Virus record (IMG/VR): IMGVR_UViG_3300006805_000023
Direction: 5' to 3' (one strand)
Length of the DNA: 64,000 bases
Origin: a virus
Lineage: Duplodnaviria > Caudoviricetes
Of this stretch, positions 18,143 to 28,009 are shown piece after piece. The position numbers and the translations under genes were made by a program. Each line of letters opens with the position of its first letter. Positions within the stretch are counted from its first letter, which is position 1. Below the pieces are notes generated by a model. The model made no database searches and was not told the origin of the DNA. It saw nothing but the letters and a program-made list of their open reading frames with translations.

Positions 18143-21028
18143 ATGACAGTCCTGGTCAACAAGTCAACCGCACCGGTCACGGTGTTCTACTATGATGCCT
18201 CCAATCGTGAGCAGCAGACGGTCATAGATCCTGGCAAACAATTCGTCCTGAACGGAGCGGTTCACCCGTCCACTCAGGCTCTGATCAAACGTAAGGTGCT
18301 CGTGGTGAGTTCCAGCACCGTCACCGATCCACGCGCCAACACCCTCGCTTGGGGGACTCCACTCGTCTGGGCTGGAGGTTGGCGTCCCAACGCTTTGTAC
18401 AAGGCCGGATTCGTTGTCCTGCACAACGGCAAGACCTTTGTGGCGATTCTGGATCACACGTCCGTCAACCCTCCGTCGGAGTCCGATCAGCGCTGGGATC
18501 TGTTTTCCCTTAAGAGCTTCGCGGCGGCATTCGACTTCCTAGTCACGGTCGCCAACGATGGCTCCGTGGTGTCGTATGACGCAACTGCTGATGAATGGAA
18601 GCTCGCCAAGATTGGCGACGCCAATGTTCAGGGGATCTCGGCCAGCAAGATCACAGACATGGCCCAAGTCTTGGCTACGCTGATCGCCTCAGCAGGTGGC
18701 ACGATGACTGGCCCTCTGGTCCTCGTAGGAAACCCGACCGAGAACCTACACGCGGCACCAAAGCAGTATGTTGATGGCTTCCTGTCGAAGGACGGTGGCA
18801 CGATGACCGGAGCCTTGGTCCTGAACGGCAACCCAACTGCGGCCCTGCACGCCACTCCGAAGCAATACGTCGATACGTTCGTCTCTGGTGGTGGCGGCAC
18901 GATGACTGGACTATTGACGCTATCCGGCAACCCGATCGAGAGCCTGCATGCTGCTCCCAAGCAGTATGTTGATGGCTTCCTGTCGAAGGCTGGTGGCACG
19001 ATGACTGGTGACCTGACTCTGAGCGGCAACCCGTCCGCAGCCCTGCACGCAGCACCGAAGCAATACGTTGATGGCTTCCTGCCAAAGGCTGGTGGCACGA
19101 TGACGGGAGATCTGGTCTTGTCCGGTAACCCGTCCGCAGCCCTGCACGCCACTCCGAAGCAATACGTTGATGGCTTCCTGCCAAAGGCTGGTGGCACGAT
19201 GACGGGCGATCTGGTTCTGACTGGTAACCCGTCTGCGGCGTTGCACGCCACTCCGAAGCAGTATGTTGATGGCTTCCTGTCGAAGGCCGGTGGCGCAATG
19301 ACTGGTGCGATCACTGGCGCTCATGGCCTGCTGCCGCTCGCCGGTGGCGCGATGACCGGTGATTTGATCCTGTCGGGCAGCCCCTCAGCGGCATTGCACG
19401 CTGCCCCGAAACAGTACGTTGACCTGCGCCTTCTCAAGTCCGGTGACACCATGACAGGGCAGCTCAATCTGCTGTCAACCACCCTGAACGCTGGGACTGG
19501 ACTCTACGAGACGTCTGATTATGGCGCTCCTGCCTGGAAATCTGGGCTCCTGCAGGTCAGTTATCCACCGACTTACATAACCGGCAGTCACACCGCCACA
19601 GCGACCGAAAGCATCTTCGTCTTCCGTGGCTATCAGGAGTCAACCCTCAACTTGAGCACCAACGCCCCATTCTCGTTCAAGGAAATGACTGTGACCAACG
19701 ATGGCCAGGCCAACCTCTACGTGGTGGGCAGCTCCGAGACGGTCGTGATGGCTCCCGGCGAAACCCTGACCCTCCTACCATCCGGAACGGACTTCATTGT
19801 GTTGTCTCGCGGCTTGGTCCAAGACGTCGGAGCTGTCCTGGTGCTCTCTTCCATCGGCTCCGAGTCGGGAGGTACCAAGAACGTGACCTTCAGCATCTAC
19901 GACACCTCTAAAGAGACCACGGCGATCACCGTGGTGGCAAATCCCTCAGTCGGCGTCCTGCGCTTCACTGTGGGGAGCGCCCTGAACATCATGCTCGGCT
20001 CAAAGATCTTCGTGACCGGCACCGGCACGTATGATGGCGAGTATTTGGTACACGACGTCTCAGGCTCCAACATCGACGTGCAGACCAGCACCCCGTTTAC
20101 GATCTCCAAAACCGGCACTATGGGGGTGACCAGGGTTGCAGCACGCAGCAGCACGCTGCCTCTCCTAGCCTTGGTCTCCGACACCGCGCAGGCAGCCTGG
20201 GGTGGCGCATCTGGAGCCGTCCTCTCAATGGTGAGTGGCGGGGCTTTCCAGGCACGTTCACCGACCGGCAACGGCTATCGTCTTGACAGCACCGGCAGCA
20301 GCTTGGTCCTGAACCTCGACGAGCAGTTCGTCGATTATCGCCTGCTGTACGTTCACCTGCTCACCATGGGCAGGTCGTCTCCGGTCCGCTCAACCTTGAT
20401 CAGCGATGTGGCACAGCTGGCTGTCGCCCTCACCAGCTCCTCTGACAACGGCGGGTTCCTGCAGATCGAGCTGGCGAGCGTTGACGGGTTCGAAGCCGGA
20501 GACTTGGTGACCCTGGCTGGCACATCAGGCGATGGCGACTACACAATCACAGCGGTCCTCACCGGACCTCCTCGAATTCGCCTGAGCACCGCGTACTTCG
20601 CGATCACCACTGGCACGCTCACGAACAACATGGCGCTGGTCTTGACAGCGACCGAGACCGCCGGTCTGGTGGTAGGCTCGTTTGTGAACCTCAAGAACCT
20701 GCCCTGCCTTGGCGCACAGCGTGTGACCAGAGAAGTTAAGGGCCTGACTGGTACCACGATCATCGTCAAAGACCCGTTCGAGGCGTTCAACAACGCGCTG
20801 GGCAAGGTCGGAGTCTCGGAGCAGGCCTGCATCGCCAAGGTCGAATTCCTGGAAAACTCATCGAGCAGCTCCTCCAGCAGCTCCATCAAGTCGTCGCAGT
20901 CGAGCGCCAGCTCCGTCAACTCCTCGTCCAGCTCCAGCTCCAGCTCCGTCAACTCCTCATCATCGTCCAGCTCGGTCAACTCATCGTCCAGCTCGGTCAA
21001 TTCGTCCTCGTCCTCGTCGTCACCATAA
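18143..21028 (+). CDS. tail fibre with CBM5/12-like domain, 33-aa repeats and C-terminal poly-Ser tail
   Basis: WRPNALYKAGFVVLHNGKTFVA...WDL (CBM5/12-like); GGTMTGxLxLxGNPxxxLHAxPKQYVD repeats; Ser tail 20858-21022. Confidence 0.75.
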   Translation: MTVLVNKSTAPVTVFYYDASNREQQTVIDPGKQFVLNGAVHPSTQALIKRKVLVVSSSTVTDPRANTLAWGTPLVWAGGWRPNALYKAGFVVLHNGKTFVAILDHTSVNPPSESDQRWDLFSLKSFAAAFDFLVTVANDGSVVSYDATADEWKLAKIGDANVQGISASKITDMAQVLATLIASAGGTMTGPLVLVGNPTENLHAAPKQYVDGFLSKDGGTMTGALVLNGNPTAALHATPKQYVDTFVSGGGGTMTGLLTLSGNPIESLHAAPKQYVDGFLSKAGGTMTGDLTLSGNPSAALHAAPKQYVDGFLPKAGGTMTGDLVLSGNPSAALHATPKQYVDGFLPKAGGTMTGDLVLTGNPSAALHATPKQYVDGFLSKAGGAMTGAITGAHGLLPLAGGAMTGDLILSGSPSAALHAAPKQYVDLRLLKSGDTMTGQLNLLSTTLNAGTGLYETSDYGAPAWKSGLLQVSYPPTYITGSHTATATESIFVFRGYQESTLNLSTNAPFSFKEMTVTNDGQANLYVVGSSETVVMAPGETLTLLPSGTDFIVLSRGLVQDVGAVLVLSSIGSESGGTKNVTFSIYDTSKETTAITVVANPSVGVLRFTVGSALNIMLGSKIFVTGTGTYDGEYLVHDVSGSNIDVQTSTPFTISKTGTMGVTRVAARSSTLPLLALVSDTAQAAWGGASGAVLSMVSGGAFQARSPTGNGYRLDSTGSSLVLNLDEQFVDYRLLYVHLLTMGRSSPVRSTLISDVAQLAVALTSSSDNGGFLQIELASVDGFEAGDLVTLAGTSGDGDYTITAVLTGPPRIRLSTAYFAITTGTLTNNMALVLTATETAGLVVGSFVNLKNLPCLGAQRVTREVKGLTGTTIIVKDPFEAFNNALGKVGVSEQACIAKVEFLENSSSSSSSSSIKSSQSSASSVNSSSSSSSSSVNSSSSSSSVNSSSSSVNSSSSSSSP
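18695..19441 (+). repeat. 99-bp (33-aa) tandem repeat array in tail fibre
   Basis: six full units from 18695, one 54-bp truncated unit at 19289, a seventh full unit at 19343. Confidence 0.95.
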
Positions 21029-21561
21029 TGCTGATCCTTGGCCCCTCAGACACGCTGCTGCAACAAGTCGAGCCCATCAGGTCCCACTGGTGGAGTTTGT
21101 CCCTTACCGGGCCGTCGGCGGTAGGCACTCTGCCCGGAATCGAGGGGTTGTCCCTGCGCGATCTACCGTCCATTGGCAACGAGCAGGAAGCGATCGAGCA
21201 CACCCCGATCAACAACACGATCAAGTATCCCGGAAAGCAACTGGCTCAGTCCTGTCAGCTGCGCCTGATCATGCTGGACACCGACCCGGTGTACGACTTC
21301 TTCGTGCGCTGGCGTAGGATGTGCTACGATCCGGAGACCAACTTGGTTGGGCTGCTCAACGAGGTGGCTGGGGTTGGCTACGTCAGGATCTTCGCCCCTA
21401 CAAGCTCATCGTTCGCCCCGCAGAACATCCGGACGATCAGGCTTGACGTGGTCTGGCCGAGCAGTCTGATCGTGACGGGCTTGTCACGTGATGGGGAGGG
21501 AGACCCAGCGGAGTATCAGGTAATGCTGGAGATCGGCAGCTCATACGACGTCAGCCTGTAG
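21028..21561 (+). CDS. T4 gp19-like tail tube (or tube-initiator) protein
   Basis: LPSIGNEQEAIEH...TIKYPGK...VYDFFVRWRRMCYDP...VWPSSL. Confidence 0.7.
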   Translation: MLILGPSDTLLQQVEPIRSHWWSLSLTGPSAVGTLPGIEGLSLRDLPSIGNEQEAIEHTPINNTIKYPGKQLAQSCQLRLIMLDTDPVYDFFVRWRRMCYDPETNLVGLLNEVAGVGYVRIFAPTSSSFAPQNIRTIRLDVVWPSSLIVTGLSRDGEGDPAEYQVMLEIGSSYDVSL

Positions 21562-21569
21562 ATATCGAC

Positions 21570-21926
21570 GTGATCACAAACCGCTCTCTAGTCGCCGCCG
21601 TCGGACCAACGCAGGCACCCATCTTCAAGTTCACAGGAACAGTCCGTGGTGCATTGCTGCTGATCCTCGAAAACCTCGATGATGTCAACCAGCTCACCTA
21701 CAAGGTGCAGGAGAGCAATGACGGCGTCACCTGGACCGACAAAATCTTCGTAGTTGGCGACTCAAACGTCAGCACGTTTGTGATCGACCACGGCGGAGCA
21801 CACACTTTCCGGGTTCAACCAGCCACCCTCCACACCCGCTTGGTCGGAAGTGGTAGCCTCACAGTCAATGTCGGCCTCTCCTATTCAACCGCAGGATCAG
21901 ACAGCGCCCCTGAGCTTTACGCGTGA
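21570..21926 (+). CDS. putative small virion beta-sandwich protein
   Basis: YKVQESNDGVTWTD motif similar to the 12740/13305 pair; GTG start after candidate late promoter. Confidence 0.5.
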   Translation: MITNRSLVAAVGPTQAPIFKFTGTVRGALLLILENLDDVNQLTYKVQESNDGVTWTDKIFVVGDSNVSTFVIDHGGAHTFRVQPATLHTRLVGSGSLTVNVGLSYSTAGSDSAPELYA

Positions 21927-22548
21927 GGTCTGGGACAAGGTCTCACCTGAGACGCTCGCCTTCCTAGACTGTCACGAAACCATGGGACTACTGGAGCACG
22001 GCCAAGAGGCCGCTCTTGAGTTATGCGCCATGGACGCCCTGATCGAGGAGTTCGAGAGCCACATCAAGCGCAGCCCACGCCACGGGCGGGTCAGAGATAC
22101 ATGGCAGACTCTGAAAGAAGCAGTTCGTATTGGTAACGTTGGACCGCAGATCCTACTCAGGTTCTCACGCCGCACCAAAATCATGCTAGAACAAACCAGA
22201 AAAAACCGCTTCGAGGCTTCCCTGATGGAGTCGCTCCTCAACATGGGAGACCTCAGCGCCCTCGCCCCTGAAAGACTTCAGGACTTGGAGCCACACCAGG
22301 CTTTCCTACGCGAGATGGGCCGCACCTTCAAGTGTCGCAGCGGCGATCTGGCCGAATCGGTGTCGAGTGGCCTCCACGTTTACCTCGATGAAGCCGACAC
22401 CAAGAAGCTGCTGGAGCAACGCGCCATGATGCTTGAGCAGTTTGCTCTGAAGCACGGCTATCACTGCGTGCGCCGTGGCAGCATGTCGGACATCAGTCAC
22501 GGACACTCCAGCCAGCGGGTATCACGCTGGACCTTCATCAAGATATGA
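21850..22548 (+). CDS. hypothetical protein (start uncertain; ATG 21868 or 21982 possible)
   Basis: ORF track; ATGA overlap with the next gene. Confidence 0.5.
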   Translation: MVASQSMSASPIQPQDQTAPLSFTREVWDKVSPETLAFLDCHETMGLLEHGQEAALELCAMDALIEEFESHIKRSPRHGRVRDTWQTLKEAVRIGNVGPQILLRFSRRTKIMLEQTRKNRFEASLMESLLNMGDLSALAPERLQDLEPHQAFLREMGRTFKCRSGDLAESVSSGLHVYLDEADTKKLLEQRAMMLEQFALKHGYHCVRRGSMSDISHGHSSQRVSRWTFIKI

Positions 22549-25355
22549 GCGCGGCCTTGCTGCTACAGAAACACCGCCGGAGGCGCAAAGCGTCTTCCGT
22601 ACCCAAGCCTTGCCCAGAAGAAGGCCAAGAGCCAGACAACCTGACCGAGTCCTCGGCATGGGTGGCAAACGTCCTAATCCCGGACGCTGGCAAGCTGATC
22701 CTGCTGCCGGTCCTCGACACTTATCAATCAAATGGGGTCGCGTTTCACGCCAACTCCCCAGGAGGCAGGATGCTGCCGATCTATTCAGTCCTTGCCAATC
22801 GCGCAGTCCTCCAGAAACACTTCCCCTGGCTCGGTCGCGAGATCAACCGGCTGAAACAAGAGGACCTCGTGGACGAGTCTGAAATGTCGATGGTGCAGAA
22901 ACGGGTGTTCGAGCGCAGCGGGTTCGGATTCTGGATCGTTAAGGGCCAGCGCGGCTACTTCTATGGCAACCCGTTGGTGCATAAGCTGTTCATGCGCGAC
23001 GTCACAACCGAAGAACTGCGCAAGCTGTCTCACATCTTCAAAGCAACGGCTGCCGGACTTCCGCAGGAGGTAGTGTCCATTGAGGACTTCACAGGCCAGG
23101 ACGACCTGTCCTTGAAGGGACTGGTCAACTCAGGCAGGCACGCCACCCCGAATGAGGTGGCGTTTTTGATCTACGACCAAGGAGACTTGGAAGGAGTCAA
23201 CCCAAAACAGCTGGCTGACCTGCTGGATTACCCAGCGGTCACTGATAGCCTTAGGCACCTCCAGGGGCCGTCACAACTCAAGTTTGCTCACAACGTCGTG
23301 CTGGCGCTCAAGTACTCTATGAGCAAAGGGGTGGAGGTGGAGATCGACAAATACCCGCCTTACATCGCAATGGCACTCCGCAAGGTCGGCGAGAGCCTGG
23401 AAGAGGCCTCCTTCAGCAAGCTGCTTGGCCTGACCCAGTCCAATGGTGGCTACCGTTACGGCGGTATGCGCAAGGTAAACGACCGGTGGGTGATCGACCC
23501 CGCCATCAACGGACGTCTTGACAACAGCCGTTTCATCGTGACCTCGATGCCATCCTGGAGGCTCGGTCAAGACGGGTTTCCTGTGATGCCCTACGTCTGC
23601 AAATCGGCTCCAGAGCGCAGCACCACTGGCATGAAGCAGGTTGGGTTCGTGCGCGTCACTAACCAAGGCGGGTTTTTGCGCAAGCTCGCTGGTAAACTCA
23701 TTCCGCAGATCCGGGCGGCAGAGCCCGACGTTCAGGTGTTCTGCAGCTGTCTGTCGGCGGAGTCAGTTGTATTGATGAGCGACGGCACCTATCGCCCAAT
23801 CGCTGAGGTCAGGGTGGGGGACAACGTGATCACCCACAAGGGACGCTCACGCAGAGTCACCAAGGTGGCAGCCCGTCAGGTCAGGCCAGACGAGAACGTG
23901 TATCGCGTAAAGGTACAAGGCTTCCCATTTGAAATGACTGTGACCGGCAACCACCCGTTCTACACGCTCCGAGGTAACGACAAGTGCCTGTGCGGCTGCG
24001 GGCAGCTCCTACAGCGTCCAAAGCGCAGTGCCTGGTCGCCGGAACTGCTCCTAGGGCGTCGTTTCATTCAGGGCCATGGTGCACGCCCAGCAGTTGAGCA
24101 GGACCACTCAACTGGCAGGTTCTCGTGGATTGACGTGGATAACCTTGAGCCAAACGAATGGTTCCTCTCCCCATGGCAGCAGTCCGGGTGCGCCAGCATG
24201 AGCAGGAGTCTGGCAAGGCTGTTGGGATATTACGCGGCGGAAGGCTCCGTTGCAACCAGAGGGACGACGGTTAGCTTCACTCTCAACATGAACGAGTGGG
24301 ATACCATCGGCAACGATGTGTTGAGGCTCTGCCACAATCTCGGCCTTAAGGCGCGCAGGAAGCAGTCAGGCGACCACAACTGGTTCAACGTTTACGTCTC
24401 AGACAAGAAATTCCGCGACCAGTGCGTGTCCCTGGCGGGCACCGGGTCCCGCACCAAGAAATTGGCTAGCAGCTTGATGGACCTCCACCATGAATCACTC
24501 GTAGAACTGCTCCTAGGCATGTTACTAGGAGATGGCACAGTCGGTGGTGTGAGTGGTGGAAAACGTCAGGGACGAGTCAGGTACCACTCAACCAGCAGAG
24601 ATCTTGCCAGCCAGGCCCAGACCATCATGAGCAGGCTCGGACTGCGAAGCTCCCTGTCCTTCTCCAGGAAGGCCACGAAGCCAAGGCAGGCACGCAGCAA
24701 GCGCGAGGGCAAAGTGGTTACCCTTAACCAGTCGGCTTGTTGGCAGGTCACTCCTGACCCAACGGCCTGTTCATCCCTGCGTCGCCTGATGCGCTCAGTA
24801 ACGGGCGGTAAGGACTCCATGCCGGACAACCCCGCAGCACAGCGCAGCGTTAAATTCGTCCCGAAGGAGGGACAACTGCGTGCTATGCTCAAACGCGAGA
24901 AGGTTGACTTTGACGGACTCGTTTACGACTTGACTGTCGAGGAGGACGAGTCGTTTGTGGCGCATGGGGTCGCGGTTCATAACTGTCCCGACTTCAAGTA
25001 TCGGTACCACTGGGTGCTGTCCCAAATGGGCGCAGCCGCGAAGCCGTCCGGAGCCGGTGGAGAGGCCACCAATGCCCCTCCCAACAAGACCAACCCGTCA
25101 TTCAGGCCATCGCTGTGCAAGCATCTGGCAGCCTGTGACCAGTTTATCGACTTTGGCAACGCCGACTTCAGGAAGATGCTGCGCAAGGTCGGTAACTCGC
25201 CGGTCCAGACTACACAGCCAAAGCGCGATCCGGTGATTCGCCGGAACGCGCCAGTCAGAGCAGCCCCGACACCACCAAAAAACGGCGATCCGAAGCCTGC
25301 TGATCAAGGTGTTACTCCTCCAGAAGCTGCTTCGGTGTCACCCCGCCTTGCCTGA
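22545..25355 (+). CDS. SWIM zinc-finger protein interrupted by an intein
   Basis: removing 23748-24983 restores VFCSCPDFKYRYHW...LCKHL (SWIM CxC...CxH). Confidence 0.8.
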   Translation: MSAALLLQKHRRRRKASSVPKPCPEEGQEPDNLTESSAWVANVLIPDAGKLILLPVLDTYQSNGVAFHANSPGGRMLPIYSVLANRAVLQKHFPWLGREINRLKQEDLVDESEMSMVQKRVFERSGFGFWIVKGQRGYFYGNPLVHKLFMRDVTTEELRKLSHIFKATAAGLPQEVVSIEDFTGQDDLSLKGLVNSGRHATPNEVAFLIYDQGDLEGVNPKQLADLLDYPAVTDSLRHLQGPSQLKFAHNVVLALKYSMSKGVEVEIDKYPPYIAMALRKVGESLEEASFSKLLGLTQSNGGYRYGGMRKVNDRWVIDPAINGRLDNSRFIVTSMPSWRLGQDGFPVMPYVCKSAPERSTTGMKQVGFVRVTNQGGFLRKLAGKLIPQIRAAEPDVQVFCSCLSAESVVLMSDGTYRPIAEVRVGDNVITHKGRSRRVTKVAARQVRPDENVYRVKVQGFPFEMTVTGNHPFYTLRGNDKCLCGCGQLLQRPKRSAWSPELLLGRRFIQGHGARPAVEQDHSTGRFSWIDVDNLEPNEWFLSPWQQSGCASMSRSLARLLGYYAAEGSVATRGTTVSFTLNMNEWDTIGNDVLRLCHNLGLKARRKQSGDHNWFNVYVSDKKFRDQCVSLAGTGSRTKKLASSLMDLHHESLVELLLGMLLGDGTVGGVSGGKRQGRVRYHSTSRDLASQAQTIMSRLGLRSSLSFSRKATKPRQARSKREGKVVTLNQSACWQVTPDPTACSSLRRLMRSVTGGKDSMPDNPAAQRSVKFVPKEGQLRAMLKREKVDFDGLVYDLTVEEDESFVAHGVAVHNCPDFKYRYHWVLSQMGAAAKPSGAGGEATNAPPNKTNPSFRPSLCKHLAACDQFIDFGNADFRKMLRKVGNSPVQTTQPKRDPVIRRNAPVRAAPTPPKNGDPKPADQGVTPPEAASVSPRLA
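23748..24983 (+). mobile_element. intein (412 aa) with LAGLIDADG homing endonuclease
   Basis: starts CLSAESVVLMSDG, block B TGNHPF, LLGYYAAEG and LLGMLLGDG motifs, ends VYDLTVEEDESFVAHGVAVHN followed by Cys+1. Confidence 0.95.
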
Positions 25356-25485
25356 CCGATTCGGTCAGAGTAGGAGCAGCCTGCGCGGCTTCGGAGGCCG
25401 AACCAAAGGTTCCCTTGACTGGAGCAACGCGCTTGCCCTTGGAGTCAACCAGAATCCACTTTTCCTGAGATGTGCTGTTTTGCAT
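25312..25485 (-). CDS. small hypothetical protein (57 aa, below track cutoff)
   Basis: MQNSTSQEKWILVDSKGKRVAPVKGTFGSASEAAQAAPTLTESVRQGGVTPKQLLEE fills an otherwise empty gap. Confidence 0.45.
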   Translation of the reverse strand: MQNSTSQEKWILVDSKGKRVAPVKGTFGSASEAAQAAPTLTESVRQGGVTPKQLLEE

Positions 25486-25517
25486 AGTGAGTGAGCTAGA
25501 AAGCAGGTCAGCTTTCT

Positions 25518-26315
25518 ATGAACAAAAACGGACCATCCATGCCCAGTAACAATCAGCTACCAGATCTCCCTTCTTTCGACCTCGGCGGAGCCAGACTCAT
25601 CCTTGCAGATGAAGAGTCACCCGACTTCGAAAAAGAGGCCAAGAAGCCAACCGCCCCGCCTCCCCCACCGGTGAGCTTGTTCGACGCCCTCAAAGCGACA
25701 TGCGCAGGCACCCCAGCCGTACCGCCAACGGGCTTCCAGTCGGCCAAGGCTTTGGGCAACTTGAACGACAAAAGGTTCATCCCATCGGAAGAAGGCCCGT
25801 TGATGGGGGACGTCGGAGCCTCTGAGCCCAGCCTAGGGCAACGGATGCTGCAGGAACTCAACAACGCTGTCCTCAGCAACTCCATGGACGCCACGACAGC
25901 CCGCGAAATGGCGGTCATGGTGGAAAACTGGCAGACCCGGCTCGATCTCATCGGAATCGGCATGACTGCCTATGGGATGTCACGAGTGCAGAGCGTCACC
26001 CAGATGGCGGAGGACGTCGAAAGGCACATCTGGGAGAGACTCGCCGACCTCCCAGTCACAGAGGCTATCGGCCTGCTCAAAGTTCTCCACAAAGACCGGC
26101 TGGCCTTCATCAACTTGGTTGGCAACAGGGCCTCGAACCCTACCATATCCAGCCCGGACGCACTGTCTGGAGGCCTTAACGGACGCGCTGAGGAGTCCTC
26201 AAAGCCAAAGGTCTCCATGATCAAGCCGGACGGTCGCAAGAGGCTCCACCTGATGATCGGAAAGCTACGCAAGGTGATCGACGCTGATGCAACTGTGGTT
26301 GAGAGTCCCACTTGA
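25518..26315 (+). CDS. hypothetical protein
   Basis: 265-aa ORF, Pro-rich N-terminus, helical C-terminus. Confidence 0.6.
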   Translation: MNKNGPSMPSNNQLPDLPSFDLGGARLILADEESPDFEKEAKKPTAPPPPPVSLFDALKATCAGTPAVPPTGFQSAKALGNLNDKRFIPSEEGPLMGDVGASEPSLGQRMLQELNNAVLSNSMDATTAREMAVMVENWQTRLDLIGIGMTAYGMSRVQSVTQMAEDVERHIWERLADLPVTEAIGLLKVLHKDRLAFINLVGNRASNPTISSPDALSGGLNGRAEESSKPKVSMIKPDGRKRLHLMIGKLRKVIDADATVVESPT

Positions 26316-26347
26316 CGTAGCGGTAGGGAGCACTTACTGTGCTGTCC

Positions 26348-27088
26348 ATGAGCAATTACCTTGAAAACGAAACAACGACCATCCAATGGCTTGATGAAGC
26401 ACTGGAGTCCCTCACAGAGGCCTTGAAGGCACTCGACGTTACGATCGTCAAAATCGAGCGGTTCCCACACCTCACCAGCGCAGCCGAGTGCAACCTGGGC
26501 AATTTCTGGAACCGACAGCGCGGCGGAGCCGTTGAGGTGAGCAGGATGGTCCTATGGATCGTTACTGGAGAGCACGTCCAGATGGTGGGCAGCACCACGG
26601 TCAGCGAGTATCTCCCATCAGTCACAGTCGGCACCATCAACTACAACGCTCCGATGCGCGAGGGCTGGGCTCGGTTCCAGGAGTACAAGTATTCAGCCAG
26701 TGCTGGCAAGAGGGGCATCAAGATCGCCACAGTGGCGGAGCGCTTCAAGGGCTACCATGAGGTAGTGATCGACCCATCCAAGGCGACTTCCAAGAAAAAG
26801 CCAAAGGACTCGGAGGAGCCCGTGGAGTTTCAAAACGAAGCCGCTGTTGACTCCTCCACGGCGTCCCCAACGGAAGCTCCACCTAGGCCAACACCGGAGC
26901 CCAACAAGAAGCAGGCGGCAGCCCCCGAGATCCCGTTGCTCGAAATGGCAGCGGGTCCGGGAGGTATGGTTTACGTACATATCCCGATGACGCTCGTCCC
27001 CCAGACTTTCGCACTGGCGCTGGAGGCCCTCATGAGAGGGGCAAATGGTGATGTCAACATGGCAGCAACAACGCTTCCCCACTCATGA
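26348..27088 (+). CDS. hypothetical protein
   Basis: ORF 26339..27088, likely ATG 26348; ATGA-coupled to next gene. Confidence 0.6.
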   Translation: MSNYLENETTTIQWLDEALESLTEALKALDVTIVKIERFPHLTSAAECNLGNFWNRQRGGAVEVSRMVLWIVTGEHVQMVGSTTVSEYLPSVTVGTINYNAPMREGWARFQEYKYSASAGKRGIKIATVAERFKGYHEVVIDPSKATSKKKPKDSEEPVEFQNEAAVDSSTASPTEAPPRPTPEPNKKQAAAPEIPLLEMAAGPGGMVYVHIPMTLVPQTFALALEALMRGANGDVNMAATTLPHS

Positions 27089-27465
27089 TCAGACCTAAGG
27101 CCCTGACACTGTTCATCAAACGCAGGCTGATCATCGCGGACGGCCTGCTGCTCAACCCAGAGTCGATCGCTGAGGACGTCTTCTACCTTCTGAAGGCAAA
27201 ACTCGAAGATAAGACACTGAAGCCTAGCAGGCTCTTTTTCACGGAGCACGTGGAGTCGCTCTTGAAGTCCTACGGGGAGAGGCTATCAAACATTGAAGCC
27301 GAAACCATGTTGTTCCATGAGGTCAACACCCTGTTTTCGCAGTCATGCGAGGGCGAGTTCATGGACACTGGGAAGTCCTCGTTTGCAGCAAAAGCTGATG
27401 GGGTCGATCAGGACACCGACAACGAGACTGATTTCATGTTGGTGATGGGCAGTACCGAAGAGTAA
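27085..27465 (+). CDS. hypothetical protein
   Basis: 126-aa ORF coupled to previous gene. Confidence 0.55.
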   Translation: MIRPKALTLFIKRRLIIADGLLLNPESIAEDVFYLLKAKLEDKTLKPSRLFFTEHVESLLKSYGERLSNIEAETMLFHEVNTLFSQSCEGEFMDTGKSSFAAKADGVDQDTDNETDFMLVMGSTEE

Positions 27466-27517
27466 GGCGTGAACGGGTCGTTTTGTATCCCTGTGGGGGC
27501 TAGGTTTCTAGCCCTTC

Positions 27518-28009
27518 ATGGACCAGAAACAGCCCAACGATACTGCAATCCCTCTCTCCCTCCAGAAGCACAACCTCCCCCCAGGTCATGCTGGTTATTA
27601 CAACCACAAGAGGTCTCCGCTCACCTTCACCTCCAACTTCTCCAACCGTGGACCTGCCGACATCGACGCCGGTAAGGCAGTCCGCGACCTCCAGGGCGCG
27701 CTCGTCCTCTGGGACCCGGATTTGGAGCGTATGGTTGCCGACGGCGACCTCAAGCGCATCATGCCGAGCGATCCGCGCTACAAACAGTTCGTCAAGGAGA
27801 GCGGCGACCTCAAGAAGCGCCAGAGCACGGTCGTTACTCCGAATGCTCAGGTGCCGGTCGGCTCCCAGCAGGATCAGTCCGACGCTGGCAAACTCCAATA
27901 TGAGACCGACGTCGTGGACGACACCACTTACTACCTCTACGAGGGCCAGCGGTTCTCCTCGATCAGCGCCATGAACGCTTACGCGAGGTCGATCGGCAAC
28001 GTCACCTAG
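27518..28009 (+). CDS. hypothetical protein
   Basis: 163-aa ORF with strong phage codon bias. Confidence 0.6.
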   Translation: MDQKQPNDTAIPLSLQKHNLPPGHAGYYNHKRSPLTFTSNFSNRGPADIDAGKAVRDLQGALVLWDPDLERMVADGDLKRIMPSDPRYKQFVKESGDLKKRQSTVVTPNAQVPVGSQQDQSDAGKLQYETDVVDDTTYYLYEGQRFSSISAMNAYARSIGNVT

